From: Candidatus Marinacidobacterales bacterium
GTDB taxonomy: Bacteria; Acidobacteriota; Vicinamibacteria; Marinacidobacterales; SMYC01
Length of the DNA: 64,000 bases
Assembly (NCBI GenBank): GCA_965224085.1
Contig: CBDCYI010000004.1
Span: 1,856,001-1,920,000 of the forward strand
Direction: 5' to 3'
Part shown: piece after piece, positions 10,400 through 19,951 of the stretch
Numbering within the stretch: the first letter of the stretch is position 1
Layout of the letters: each line of letters begins with the position of its first letter
Program-made: the position numbers and the translations under genes
The notes under the pieces: generated by a model
Told to the model about the DNA's origin: nothing
Database searches by the model: none
Seen by the model: only the letters and a program-made list of their open reading frames with translations

Positions 10400-10630
10400 A
10401 TGTCAACGATGATCCAGATTCGCAACGTTCCCGAGAAGATTCACCGACAGCTGAAGGCCAGGGCGGCACTCGCCGGGACGACGTTGTCCGAGTACATTCT
10501 GCAGGAACTCAAAAAAGACCTGACGCGACCGACACGAGAAGAGCTCCTGGAGCGCATCGCCAAGCTACCCGGCGTGAGCCTTTCGAAGTCCCCAGCGGAA
10601 ATCCTCCGGGAGGAACGAGACCGCCGTTGA
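10400..10630 (+). CDS. vapB: FitA/VapB-like ribbon-helix-helix antitoxin
   Basis: MSTMIQIRNVPEKIHRQLKARAALAGTTLSEY; the stop overlaps the toxin start. Confidence 0.88.
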   Translation: MSTMIQIRNVPEKIHRQLKARAALAGTTLSEYILQELKKDLTRPTREELLERIAKLPGVSLSKSPAEILREERDRR

Positions 10631-11022
10631 TCGTTCTCGACGCATCGGCACTCATCGAGCTCCTGTTGAATACGGAACCCGGCCGCCGCCTCGCCACACG
10701 AATCGTCAATCCTCGTGTGATGCTCCACGCGCCACATCTCGTTGACCTCGAGGTCGCGCAAGCGTTGCGGAGGTACGTTCGCCATGGCGAGATTAGTGAC
10801 GCACGTGCACAGATCGCGCTTCAGCACCTCGCTCTTCTCGATTTGAATCGCTACGCTCACTCTGATTTCCTGCCAAGGATTTGGGCGCTCAAGGACAACG
10901 TTTCTGCCTATGACGGCGCCTACGTGAGTCTCGCCGAGGCGATCGGCGCCACTCTGGTAACCGGAGATCGCCGACTGACCAAGGCCGCAGGCACGCGAGC
11001 CGTTATCGAGTTACTCGACTAG
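10627..11022 (+). CDS. vapC: VapC PIN-domain toxin (TTG start)
   Basis: IVLDASALIELL, APHLVDLEV, SAYDGAYVSLAE, LVTGDRRL. Confidence 0.92.
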   Translation: MIVLDASALIELLLNTEPGRRLATRIVNPRVMLHAPHLVDLEVAQALRRYVRHGEISDARAQIALQHLALLDLNRYAHSDFLPRIWALKDNVSAYDGAYVSLAEAIGATLVTGDRRLTKAAGTRAVIELLD

Positions 11023-11065
11023 CCGTTGCGCTGAACGCCTCATTTCGATCTTGTAGCAAGGACGT

Positions 11066-11437
11066 CTATTCGATGAAGAGCTCGACCTCACCGCCTTCTT
11101 TTAGCGACGCGATCGTTTGGTCGATGCCGGCCTGAATCGCCTGCTGCTTCAAATGTTGCTCGATCCGCGGCTGAACGTCTTCGAAAGACATCAGCTGTCC
11201 TTCGATCTTCTCCGACAGCTTGATGATGTGGTAGCCGAACCGTGTCTCGATGACGGAGCTCAGCCCGCCAGGTTCGAGCGCGAAGGCGGCTTGCTCGAAG
11301 GGCGGCACGGTTTGACCCCGCGTCACGGTGAGCTCGCCGCCGTTTTGTGCCGAGCCTGGATCTTCAGAATGCTCCCGCGCGAGCACCGCGAAATCAGCTC
11401 CGGATTTTACTTCTTCCAAGACGCTTTCGATAGCCGT
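11066..11437 (-). pseudogene. PpiC-type peptidyl-prolyl isomerase, C-terminal fragment
   Basis: DFAVLAREHSEDPGSAQNGGEL...VPPFEQAAFALEPG...ETRFGYHIIK; the upstream sequence is unrelated. Confidence 0.82.
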
Positions 11438-11641
11438 GAGCACGGACAGGTAGCCGTTTCTATCCTGAAGGCCAACCGTCGGAGCCAGATTGAGCAAGAT
11501 TTTGGTCTCGAGGTATGCGTTTAGAATTCATCCGGACGGATCGCGAGAGACAAAAAGTTCGACGCGGTGCCTGTAGGTGGGCATCGAAGCCTGTTGACGA
11601 GGTTCAAGACACACAAAGAGCGTGTCCCTAACGGTTAGGCG

Positions 11642-11790
11642 TCAATGGAGGTTGAGCGTCGGGTTGGGAGGAGCTCTTTGTCGCGAGGGGTTGTTGTTCT
11701 GGTGCGCCAGAATGCGACGGATGGAGGCGGGCCCGTGACGAAAGCGACGATTTTCATCTGGGCGCCGCATCGGCAGGTCAAAGGGTCGAC
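11642..11790 (-). pseudogene. C-terminal remnant of an IS91-like (Y2) transposase
   Basis: Manual translation VDPLTCRCGAQMKIVAFVT / PASIRRILAH...RAPP (one frameshift), the typical tail of this family. Confidence 0.65.
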
Positions 11791-11889
11791 GTTATTTCCT
11801 TATTACTCCTGTGGAAAACTCATCCACAGGATCTTTTATGGGAAGACCATACCAGGAGCTCAAGCGTCTCGTCCCTACCGAACAGTGAA

Positions 11890-12100
11890 GAAATGTTGGC
11901 CGCACGTTGGCTTTTGGAGAGCCTGCGCCGCTAAACGACTGAAACCAAAGGAGCGGCGTTCAGTTGGTGCCGGAGGGGGGATAAGAACTCGCACACTAGC
12001 GTGCTCAGCAGCGGTCCCGTTGGACTCGAACCCGCGTTACGGCGTCCAAAACCACCCTCCGTCTCCAAATCGTCTCCAAAACTGGGGAGGACTCCAGAGG
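11890..12100 (-). mobile_element. att-site remnant of a tRNA-targeting integrative element (degenerate tRNA-Leu-like 3' end at 11965-11990, second T-loop remnant at 12022-12036)
   Basis: Minus strand reads GAGTTCTTATCCCCCCTCCGGCACCA and CGCGGGTTCGAGTCC; short direct repeats GTTGGC x2 and GTCTCCAAA x2; a diverged inverted copy lies at about 47819-47921. Confidence 0.6.
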
Positions 12101-12279
12101 ACTCCTCCTTGATTTCGCGCGTGGACGAGTTTTGACGAGGGACAGGTGATCACCACGTGGTGAGCACCAACGTCTTTGCCAGGCAGTTTCTTGAGCTCGG
12201 AAGAGTTCGCTTGACCCTCCGATTACCCTGTCGTCGAGCCGCTGCTCCGGTTCGAGCTGCCCGCCGCCCCTTTTCGTTC

Positions 12280-12564
12280 TCAGCTCCGTCGGTCGCTCGA
12301 ACTCAAACACCGCGCGAGAGCGCTGAGTCGGTGGCCGTGCCGTGTGGACTGGGCTCTTTCAGCCGCCGAGAAAAGTTTTCGAGCCAACTCACCGTTGCCT
12401 GTCGCGAGCTGACGCCGGGCTTCTTGTCTCAGTCGGTAAGCGCGAACCGCGAGGACCATCAACGGTTCCAGGTCGGCGCCACAGCGCGAGCATTGTTTAG
12501 CGGCGCGGAAGCGAGCCTTACATACCGGGCAGCGCGGATGAGCGACGGCTCTTGGGCCCGTCAT
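12280..12564 (-). CDS. Small Zn-ribbon (CxxC...CxxC) protein with a TPR-like helical tail
   Basis: CPVCKARFRAAKQCSRCGADL; directly downstream of hsp70 (alternative TTG start at 12585 overlaps its stop). Confidence 0.7.
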   Translation of the reverse strand: MTGPRAVAHPRCPVCKARFRAAKQCSRCGADLEPLMVLAVRAYRLRQEARRQLATGNGELARKLFSAAERAQSTRHGHRLSALARCLSSSDRRS

Positions 12565-12581
12565 GTTTCGAGAGGGGGAGC

Positions 12582-14426
12582 TCAACTGCCTTCGACGAAG
12601 AAAAGGAGCTCGTTCAATTCGTTGGTCGCTTGGGAAAGTGCCTCGGAGTCGCGCTCGGCCATCGCCCGCTCGATGTCTTCGTTCAGGTCGATGGCTTCTT
12701 CTTTGTCCTCGTCATGCATGCGCTCGAGGAGCTTGCGGGAGCGCTCCACCTGGCGGCGTGCCTCATCGGTGGCTCTGACCCAGGTCTCGTCGACGGACGG
12801 GTCGGCGTCTTCGCTGGGGACCGGCACGCCTGAGGGCGCAAGGCTCGACAACTCCGCTTCGGTCGACTCGCTCACCGTGAACAGGTCTCGAGTTGGGCCG
12901 TCTCCGTTCGCCCAAAATGTCTCTAGACGTTCCCGCGCCGCGTCGATCTCCTCATCACTTCTCGCCTCGAGGGCCTCTGTGATGGTGATGTGTTTTCTTT
13001 TGCCCGTCTCTTTCTCGATGGCGCTGACTTCGAGGATTCCGTCCACGTCCAACCGCATCCGACACAGCACCTCATTAGGCTCTTCGGTCTCCGTCAGCCC
13101 TTCGACGGTGAAATTTCCGACCGGGATGTTGTTCAAGGCGTCGGCGTCGTCGCCCTGATAAACGAATATATCGACCGTGGATTGGTACGGCGCGGACGTG
13201 AAGTAGCTCTCGGTGCGGGTGATGGGAAGGGACGTGTTGCGTCGAATGATCGGACGGTAGCAATGGGGGTAGGGAAATCCATCCTTTTCGCCCAGATGAG
13301 AGGGGCCGAAAGAGTAAGGGGACACGTCCACTAGAACTCGCGCGACATCTTCTCCCGCCAGTCTCGAGGCCAGAACCCCGGCGCCAAGGGCCACACACAG
13401 ATCCGGGTGCACTTCTTGTCTGGGGACGATGCCGGTTCGCTCTTCGAGGATGGTCGAGATCAAGGGAATCCGGGTGGAGCCGCCGACGAGGACGACCGCA
13501 TCCAGATCGGCCGTCGTCTTGTCCGCGTCGCTCATGGCGTTTGCGACGCTCTCGAGCGTGGACTCGACGAGGGGCCGTATCAGCTCCTCGTACTCCTCTC
13601 TCGAAACCTCCCGCTCCAAGTGGACCGGCCTGCCCTTTCGAACCACGAGCGCCTCCTCGCGAATCCTCACATAGGGCTCGAAGCTGAGCTCTTTTTTGGC
13701 TTCCTCGGCCGCGCGCCAGAGACGCGAATGGGCGACCGGCTCACTCTGGCACATGTCGATCCCATGCTCTCGCGAGAACTCCTCGTTCAAGCGATCCACG
13801 AGGAGCTCGTCGAAGTCGTCACCGCCGAGGCGGTTGTTCCCGTGAGTCGCGAGAACTTCGGTCACGTCGCCTTCCATGTGAACGATGGAGACGTCGAAGG
13901 TGCCACCACCCAGATCGTAGAGGAGGATCGTCTGGCTGTCCGAGTCACCGTAGCCATAGGCGAGGCTGGCCGCGGTGGGCTCGTTCAATAAGCGAAGGAC
14001 CTCAAGGCCGGCGAGCGCGCCGGCTTCGCGAGTGGCCTGGCGCTGCGCATCCGAGAAATAGGCGGGCACGGTAATGACCGCCCTTTTAGCAGTCTCGCCA
14101 AGCTCGCGATTCGCGTGCTCCGCGAGGGTTCGCAGAAGGATGGCCGAAACCTCCGGTGGCGTGAGCTCACGGTCTCCGAGCCGTACCTTGGCCTCCGAGC
14201 CTATCTTGCGCTTGATGCTCCGAATGGTCCTGTCGGGATAGAGAAGCTGTTGGTTCCTCGCGGCATTCCCGACGAGAAGCTCGCCCGATGGCCCGAGTCC
14301 GACGCAGGAGGGGAGTATCTTCGCGTCCCCCGTCCCGAGGACTCGAACACCGCCATCCACGAAGGCCGCCACCTCCGAGTTGGTCGTGCCCAGGTCGACT
14401 CCCACCGCCATCGCTTTGTCGTTCAA
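12582..14426 (-). CDS. Hsp70-family protein (non-canonical DnaK/HscC-like)
   Basis: GVDLGTTNS, AVITVPAYFSDAQR, LLNEPTAA, YDLGGGTFDVS, LVGGSTRIP; variant linker VLVDVSPYSFG; short lid with no DnaK tail. Confidence 0.95.
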   Translation of the reverse strand: MNDKAMAVGVDLGTTNSEVAAFVDGGVRVLGTGDAKILPSCVGLGPSGELLVGNAARNQQLLYPDRTIRSIKRKIGSEAKVRLGDRELTPPEVSAILLRTLAEHANRELGETAKRAVITVPAYFSDAQRQATREAGALAGLEVLRLLNEPTAASLAYGYGDSDSQTILLYDLGGGTFDVSIVHMEGDVTEVLATHGNNRLGGDDFDELLVDRLNEEFSREHGIDMCQSEPVAHSRLWRAAEEAKKELSFEPYVRIREEALVVRKGRPVHLEREVSREEYEELIRPLVESTLESVANAMSDADKTTADLDAVVLVGGSTRIPLISTILEERTGIVPRQEVHPDLCVALGAGVLASRLAGEDVARVLVDVSPYSFGPSHLGEKDGFPYPHCYRPIIRRNTSLPITRTESYFTSAPYQSTVDIFVYQGDDADALNNIPVGNFTVEGLTETEEPNEVLCRMRLDVDGILEVSAIEKETGKRKHITITEALEARSDEEIDAARERLETFWANGDGPTRDLFTVSESTEAELSSLAPSGVPVPSEDADPSVDETWVRATDEARRQVERSRKLLERMHDEDKEEAIDLNEDIERAMAERDSEALSQATNELNELLFFVEGS

Positions 14427-14428
14427 TG

Positions 14429-15214
14429 CTAGTCATTCCTTTCAGCGTCTGGCCTTTCAGCGTTTGGCTGTCGGGCAACCTTGACTTCGGCGGGACGAAA
14501 CACGCGTCCCTTCCATTCGTATCCGGAGCGGTAAACCTCGAGCACGGCGCCTTCCGGGGACCGGAACGTCTCTTCGATGTCCACGGCGTTCATTCGATTG
14601 GCATCGAAGGTATGTCCCTCACATGGAATCTCACTCACTTCCAGACGCTCGAGGGCTTCGTCGATGCGCTCGACGCTCAAAGCAGTGCCTCTAGCGAGCG
14701 CTTTCGCTCCTTCGATCGAATCGGCGGCCGCGCGGCGCTGACGCTTCACGAGCTTCTTCCACTTGCGCCGTTTGGGGAGTCCATTCGCGGATTTCTTGGC
14801 CAGTCTAGTCTGCGCGCGCTCGGTGTACATGTGCGACGAGGCCAATCCTCGTTGCAGCCGGTCCCGCAAGTCGATCAAGATCTCGACGGTATCTTTGTCG
14901 GCGCGTGAGTCGGGATCGCGCGCTACGGTCCGGACCACGTCTTCGAGTTGTTTGAAGGTGCGCCCCTGAAGCTTGACTTCCTGAGCCAGAGTGGTCATCG
15001 CCGCCCATAGGGAGTAGAGATCGACGGGACGACTCTCGGAATCGGCTTCGATCTCAGCCAGGATCTCCTCGGGAACCCCGGCTGGAAAGGCTTCGTCCAA
15101 CAAGGTCTCGTCCAGCCAAGACTCGAACCGGCGAAGCATGCGGGCGCGGGTCGTTGTGGAATGCACCGCAGTCGATTCCCCGGCGTCTGCGGGATTCTTC
15201 GAATCGCTGGTCAT
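14429..15214 (-). CDS. grpE: GrpE-like nucleotide exchange factor with an N-terminal extension
   Basis: IPCEGHTFDANRMNAV...VLEVYRSGYEWKGRVFRPAEVKV. Confidence 0.85.
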   Translation of the reverse strand: MTSDSKNPADAGESTAVHSTTTRARMLRRFESWLDETLLDEAFPAGVPEEILAEIEADSESRPVDLYSLWAAMTTLAQEVKLQGRTFKQLEDVVRTVARDPDSRADKDTVEILIDLRDRLQRGLASSHMYTERAQTRLAKKSANGLPKRRKWKKLVKRQRRAAADSIEGAKALARGTALSVERIDEALERLEVSEIPCEGHTFDANRMNAVDIEETFRSPEGAVLEVYRSGYEWKGRVFRPAEVKVARQPNAERPDAERND

Positions 15215-15540
15215 GGCCTTTCGGGGTCTTCTCCCTGCTTGTTCGGCCCGGGCTTCGTTTGGCGGAGCGCCTCCATCCAGAGCTCGGGGCCCACGAAGTT
15301 TCGAGCCGTCTGGCCCTTGAGTAAGCCAAGAAGGGGCTCCGACGGATCCTCAGAAGTGAACAAAAGCTCCCGTTTGTGTTTCGGATCGCTCAGTGCCTCG
15401 TAGGCATCGCGCACCACCTCGAACATCGTTGGGTCACGATCGGGCGGATGCTCAGCGACCTTTCTGAGATAAGCGGCCCGGATCTCTTCGGGGCCAGCCT
15501 GAATCGAAACACCGAGGACCACATGGGGGGCTTCGGTCAC
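15211..15540 (-). CDS. Minimal J-domain protein (HPPD variant), GTG start
   Basis: PHVVLGV...EEIRAAYLRKVAEHPPDRDP...DAYEALSDP; its stop overlaps the grpE start. Confidence 0.82.
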   Translation of the reverse strand: MTEAPHVVLGVSIQAGPEEIRAAYLRKVAEHPPDRDPTMFEVVRDAYEALSDPKHKRELLFTSEDPSEPLLGLLKGQTARNFVGPELWMEALRQTKPGPNKQGEDPERP

Positions 15541-15550
15541 GGTCGGATTC

Positions 15551-18331
15551 TCATCGTTTGGAGCGTTTCTTCGGCTTTCTTCGGCGTCTTTTCTTTCGAC
15601 GATTGGTGCCGCGAGCGGGTGGCCTCTCGTCGTCTTCAAAACGGCGTGAGGCACGTTGGAGGCGGTCGAACAGTGCTGGATCCTGCTCCGCAATCAGGTC
15701 GAGCGGAGGCAGGCTCCCGTCCTCCGTGGCGTATTTGAAAACGAGCTCGGCCATGGGTTCCACCATGGCAGGAGGAAAGTCCGGGAACTCGGTCGGGTCG
15801 ATCCCCTTCCAGGGCGCCAGGGACTCCTCGTCGTCCCAGAACGGCTCGTCGAAAATGGGCTCGTCGTCGAAGACGTCTATCGCTCTTTGATCCTGCCTGC
15901 AGGCAGGGCACAGGCAGGGCTCGGCGTCGAGCGGCTCGACGCGCCGGAAACGGGGGTAGCTGAGGGCCCGTCGCTCCGTTTCGAGCACCTCTTCTATCTC
16001 ACCGTTGCTCATGGAGTCGTCGGGCTCGACGACGTTCACCCAGGGGGCGATGCCCTGCCGGCCGAGGTGGACGGCTTCCTTCACGAGATCCATGTTCCGC
16101 TCGCGGCGGGCGAGCTCCGCGGAAGCGGTGAGGCACTGCTCGAATCGCTCGGGCTCCCACCTGGGCAGGCTCCGAGCCCGAAGGAGCAAGAATCTGGCGA
16201 TGTAGGCGTCGGGATGGATCAGGCCGAGTCCGGAGACCGCGTAGCCGAGCTTCTGATTTCCCCGGCGCAACGAAGCTTCCGCGAGCGTGCGCAGCTCCTT
16301 GGGCTCGAGCAAGGCCGCTTGTTCGGGGAGCTCCCGCAGGAGTCGCTTTTCCCAACCCGCCGGAATCTCGATTGCGAAGCCGACGTCTTCACCCAGAACG
16401 CAAGCGCGGGCCACCGCCCTGGCGAGCCGTCCCACCTCGAGGAGCGCGGGCTTCTTCCAACTCATGAGGCTCCGGCTGTCGAGCCCGCAGGCTCGCGCGA
16501 GCGCATCCATGACGATGAAAGCGGTCGGATCGTCCAGCTGGGCGATAACCTGATCGCGGTACCGTGAAGCTTCTGGATCGCCGCCAAGCGAGCTCGAGAG
16601 CGCGCGCAGCGAGGTCACGATGGCGGGCCGGTCACCGGTGCGAGTCTCCGGGAGCTCCCAAAGAGCATCGATGTCCTTGGCAGCCAGTCGAAGCTTCCGA
16701 CTCTTCAAGTGGCGGATAGCGGTGGCGATGAGGAGGCGCAGCCGCCCTCGTTTCACGTCTGGATTGAGCTTGTCTCGGAGCTCTGCCTTTTCCAGATAAC
16801 CGAGCGCCTTCTTGAGAGCGTTTCTTTTTTCGCTCGCCTCCGAGAGGTGGAGCAGAGGCGCGCTGTCCTCTGGAAGCTCCCGATGCCATGCGAAAGCGGC
16901 TTTCTCCGCGGTTTTGAAACCCGGTTGCCCTTTCGCCCAGTCGAGCCAGGCACGGAAGGTCTCCCGATACGGATCGCAACCGGCGGCGCGCTCGAAGAGG
17001 AGAGCGGGGCTGACGAAATAAGGGTCGGGACGTCCGGGCGGCGGAGCAGCCGCGCGTACCTCTTGCGGCTGGTTCACGTAGAAGTCGGCGAAGCCCGTAT
17101 AGCCCTTTGGGAAATGCGCCGCGGCTTGCTCCAGGGTCTGATCGTCCACGCGCTGTAGAAGCTCGAGCATTCTGAGATAGATGGCGGCCTCCTCGGGGCC
17201 TTCACCCTGAATCCATCCCTGCGCGATCGCGTTTCTCCGAAACTCTTCCCAAAGGCAGCCGGCCATGACCCAGTCGGCCTCCTCCTCCATCGCCCGTGCC
17301 ATCATGCGCCAAAACGCGGCGTCGTGGAGCGCCGGTCCGCCGACGGCCGCACTCACGCGGTCCGGCCGTATCTCGTTCAAGAAGCACCGCGCCCATATCC
17401 GCTGCTTCAGCTTCTCGGTGACATCCGGCCGGCTGCGATTGCACCGGCGGAGGGCTTGTCTCACCGCCGTCAGGATTCGGGCTTCGCGCCCCTGAACGAA
17501 AGCGTCGTCCAATTTGACCAGCGCCGCGCGCAACGGCGCGGTGTTCCCACTGATTCGCGAGACGAGCTCGTCGTCGTTGCCCGCCGCCGGAAGCTTTCCG
17601 GAAACGAGATCGTGCAACGTGGGCGCGAGTCGGGCGGGGACGGAAGTCGGGTCGATCGACTGCAGGAGTGTCTCGCACTGGTCGTCCTCGCGTCGATAAA
17701 AATGTGCGATGGCCCTTATGAGTAGCTTCCAATCCGCGAGCGGGCTCCGGCGTGAGAGCTCGGGAAGGGCGAGCGTACCATCCTCCACCGGTCCGCGGGT
17801 GACGGCGGCAAAGGCCTTCGACAACGCCGCGGCGGCGACTCGCAGAGAATGCTCGCTGGGAAGTACGGGACATTCGGCGAGGGCCTCGAGATCGGTGACT
17901 TCCTGCTTCACCGCGTCGTCGATGCGACGCTGGATCGAGGGTGGGATACCCGGGTCCTCGAGCGGGCGGAGAAGGGCCGCGAAGTCGCCGTGGCGCGCGG
18001 CGACGAAGGGTTGGAGCGCCTCGAGCGCGGTGCTGGCAAAGGGGTAGCGCCGGGTCGCCGAATCCATGAGGGCCTTCGCTTCCGCCCCCATTCCGGGAGC
18101 AAAATACCAAAGTCGAGCCGCGTAGGCCGCGGTAATGAGCTCTTCCGATTCCGCTGACGGGGATTGCTGGTGGAGCACCTTCGCCGTCGAGATGGCTTGC
18201 TTGTGCTGTCCCTGCTTGACGAGACGCTGGATCGCGAGAGGCGTCGGCGCCGACGGGGTCTTCCTCTGAGATCGAGCGGCAGGTTCACCGCGGCGATTCT
18301 TCTTGGCTTTCCGGGCCACTCTCAGTGCCAC
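15551..18331 (-). CDS. Large alpha-helical/TPR-like protein of unknown function
   Basis: 926-aa ORF co-oriented with the chaperone genes; TPR-like blocks (PLLHLSEASEKRNALKKALGYLEKAE), CLCPAC motif, acidic stretch, Lys/Arg-rich termini. Confidence 0.78.
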   Translation of the reverse strand: MALRVARKAKKNRRGEPAARSQRKTPSAPTPLAIQRLVKQGQHKQAISTAKVLHQQSPSAESEELITAAYAARLWYFAPGMGAEAKALMDSATRRYPFASTALEALQPFVAARHGDFAALLRPLEDPGIPPSIQRRIDDAVKQEVTDLEALAECPVLPSEHSLRVAAAALSKAFAAVTRGPVEDGTLALPELSRRSPLADWKLLIRAIAHFYRREDDQCETLLQSIDPTSVPARLAPTLHDLVSGKLPAAGNDDELVSRISGNTAPLRAALVKLDDAFVQGREARILTAVRQALRRCNRSRPDVTEKLKQRIWARCFLNEIRPDRVSAAVGGPALHDAAFWRMMARAMEEEADWVMAGCLWEEFRRNAIAQGWIQGEGPEEAAIYLRMLELLQRVDDQTLEQAAAHFPKGYTGFADFYVNQPQEVRAAAPPPGRPDPYFVSPALLFERAAGCDPYRETFRAWLDWAKGQPGFKTAEKAAFAWHRELPEDSAPLLHLSEASEKRNALKKALGYLEKAELRDKLNPDVKRGRLRLLIATAIRHLKSRKLRLAAKDIDALWELPETRTGDRPAIVTSLRALSSSLGGDPEASRYRDQVIAQLDDPTAFIVMDALARACGLDSRSLMSWKKPALLEVGRLARAVARACVLGEDVGFAIEIPAGWEKRLLRELPEQAALLEPKELRTLAEASLRRGNQKLGYAVSGLGLIHPDAYIARFLLLRARSLPRWEPERFEQCLTASAELARRERNMDLVKEAVHLGRQGIAPWVNVVEPDDSMSNGEIEEVLETERRALSYPRFRRVEPLDAEPCLCPACRQDQRAIDVFDDEPIFDEPFWDDEESLAPWKGIDPTEFPDFPPAMVEPMAELVFKYATEDGSLPPLDLIAEQDPALFDRLQRASRRFEDDERPPARGTNRRKKRRRRKPKKRSKR

Positions 18332-18407
18332 ATGCGGGGTTGGTTGCCCCTCACCTTCCCACGAAAACTACATCCGGAAAATGGAGCACACCTGCTCAGT
18401 TCGTCCG

Positions 18408-18441
18408 GATAATAGAAGATCCCCAGGAATCCGTCCAGGAC
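18408..18441 (-). promoter_or_regulatory. Possible sigma70 promoter of the Hsp70 cassette
   Basis: Minus strand CTGGAC-N18-TATTAT about 80 bp upstream of the ORF; TCCGGA sites at 18373 and 18404. Confidence 0.3.
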
Positions 18442-18459
18442 AAAAGTCAGCCTTCCGCG

Positions 18460-19548
18460 CGCACACAAAGATCTCCCTGAGCGTCACGCGCCGGGTGGCG
18501 AGTCCGGCCTGCATCGCCGGAGTCCGGATCTCGCGTCCGAACTTCAGAGCGCCGTGGGGCCTGGCGAACTTGTAGTAACAGCGGACCAGTTCCAGTTGCT
18601 CTTCGAGCTTTTCCTTCGACCGAGCGTGCGAAAGCGTTCGTCGCGCCAGATACGCCAAGCTTTGCCGGATGGTCAGATTCAGGCGCTCGATAAACGAGGT
18701 GTTCAATGTCGACGAATCTTCCGAGTTTTTGAGCGCTTCTTCGAAGCGCCACCTGGCTCCCAGCAGCTCTCTACGTTCGACCTTCACGATACGATCGTTG
18801 CTTCGGGTCTTCAGGACCTGCGCATAGAGCACGGCCGGCCCGAAAACGCGGCGGACTCCGTGACGCTCTTGTCGTAGAAATCGAATCCGTCGGTGACGAT
18901 CAGTGGAAGACCCTGGAAATCCATCCGGTCGGCGACGTCGCGCACAAGGGCGAGTGTATTCCGGTAGCTTCGTCGCCCGACGATTGTCGACGGCCAGAGA
19001 CGAGACCCAACTTCGATCGCCGCGAAAATCCACGTTATCCGGTCCTTGCTGCCGGCGAAGGAGCGAATCTCGTCGGCTTGGAACTCCTCGACGCCGAATC
19101 CACTGATTCGTGCACTGTTGAAACGGCGGCAAGCGTCCGCCGCCTTCTCGAGCCAGCGCGCGACGGTGTTCCAGGCAATCCCCTCGACCCGAGCAACCGC
19201 GGAAATACTGACACCCTCGACTCTGAGAGCGACGACCGTGTCGAAAGTAGCTCTTCGATGCTGGAGACGGTAGTAGGGCGTGCCCTTGGTCGAAGAGAAC
19301 GTCTTTGCGCAACGGACGCACCGGTATCGACGCCGTTTTCCGGATCTCGTTGTGTAGAAACCGTGGCGGACGATGTTCCCGGAACCGACTTTTCCGTGGA
19401 ATGTACATGCGGGATTGAGACATCTGCGATTCTTCAATTCGGCTTGGCCCTTGTCAGACGAAAGATCTGCGACTCTCGAAATCGGGCTAAAACTCTAGCA
19501 CGCGAGCGGCTAGGAGCAGACGGCCAACACTTGATTGCGGAAGCACCG
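18460..19548 (-). mobile_element. IS1-family transposase (start 19437), frameshifted near 18865; right end not recognisable
   Basis: Zn ribbon CLNPAC...RYRCVRC, HTH, QADEIRSF, IVTDG, TSFIERLNLTIRQ, RTPAMQAGL; candidate left IR GGTGCTTCCGCAATCAAG near 19531-19548. Confidence 0.82.
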
Positions 19549-19559
19549 GAAAAGGGTGC

Positions 19560-19745
19560 CGTCGCCTCCAGCGACAATGTTCTCGATGCGGCCGTTCGCA
19601 AGGCGCCAATCCTGCATCGGGTTGGCCCAGTATTCTGGCCCGATCCAAACGCGCTCGGCTTCATCCGTCCACCCGCTCTCAAACCCCGAATCCGTTTCCC
19701 GTGAACAGGCGGCCGCCCACAGGAGGAGCGACAAGCGAATCCATC
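19560..19745 (-). pseudogene. N-terminal fragment of a PhoD-like secreted phosphatase
   Basis: Signal-like LSLLLWAAAC followed by RVWIGPEYWANPMQDWRLANGRIE; cut off next to the IS1 element. Confidence 0.55.
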
Positions 19746-19951
19746 TTGGAGGGCCGACTTGCTTCCAATAATTATTCACGCAGGCGTTCTCACGAAGCGC
19801 CGAGAGTCTATTCCGCATCGCGCCGGTTTACCAGCTGCGTTTCCGATGTGGTCGATCGGGAGTAAATTAGGGAACCGTGCCGAATGACGGCCGGTGCAAC
19901 TTCACTGATTTTAGTAGCTCTCGTTACTCACATCATGATAGGCTCACTCTC

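Noticed and set aside
11965-12036. Functional tRNA gene (also considered at 46928-46953 and 47835-47847)
   Set aside because: Only T-arm/acceptor 3' pieces are present and no cloverleaf can be built.
18855-18875. Programmed frameshift in the IS1-like transposase
   Set aside because: No A6C-type slippery site, and the shift falls inside the DDE domain, so it is treated as a lesion or error.
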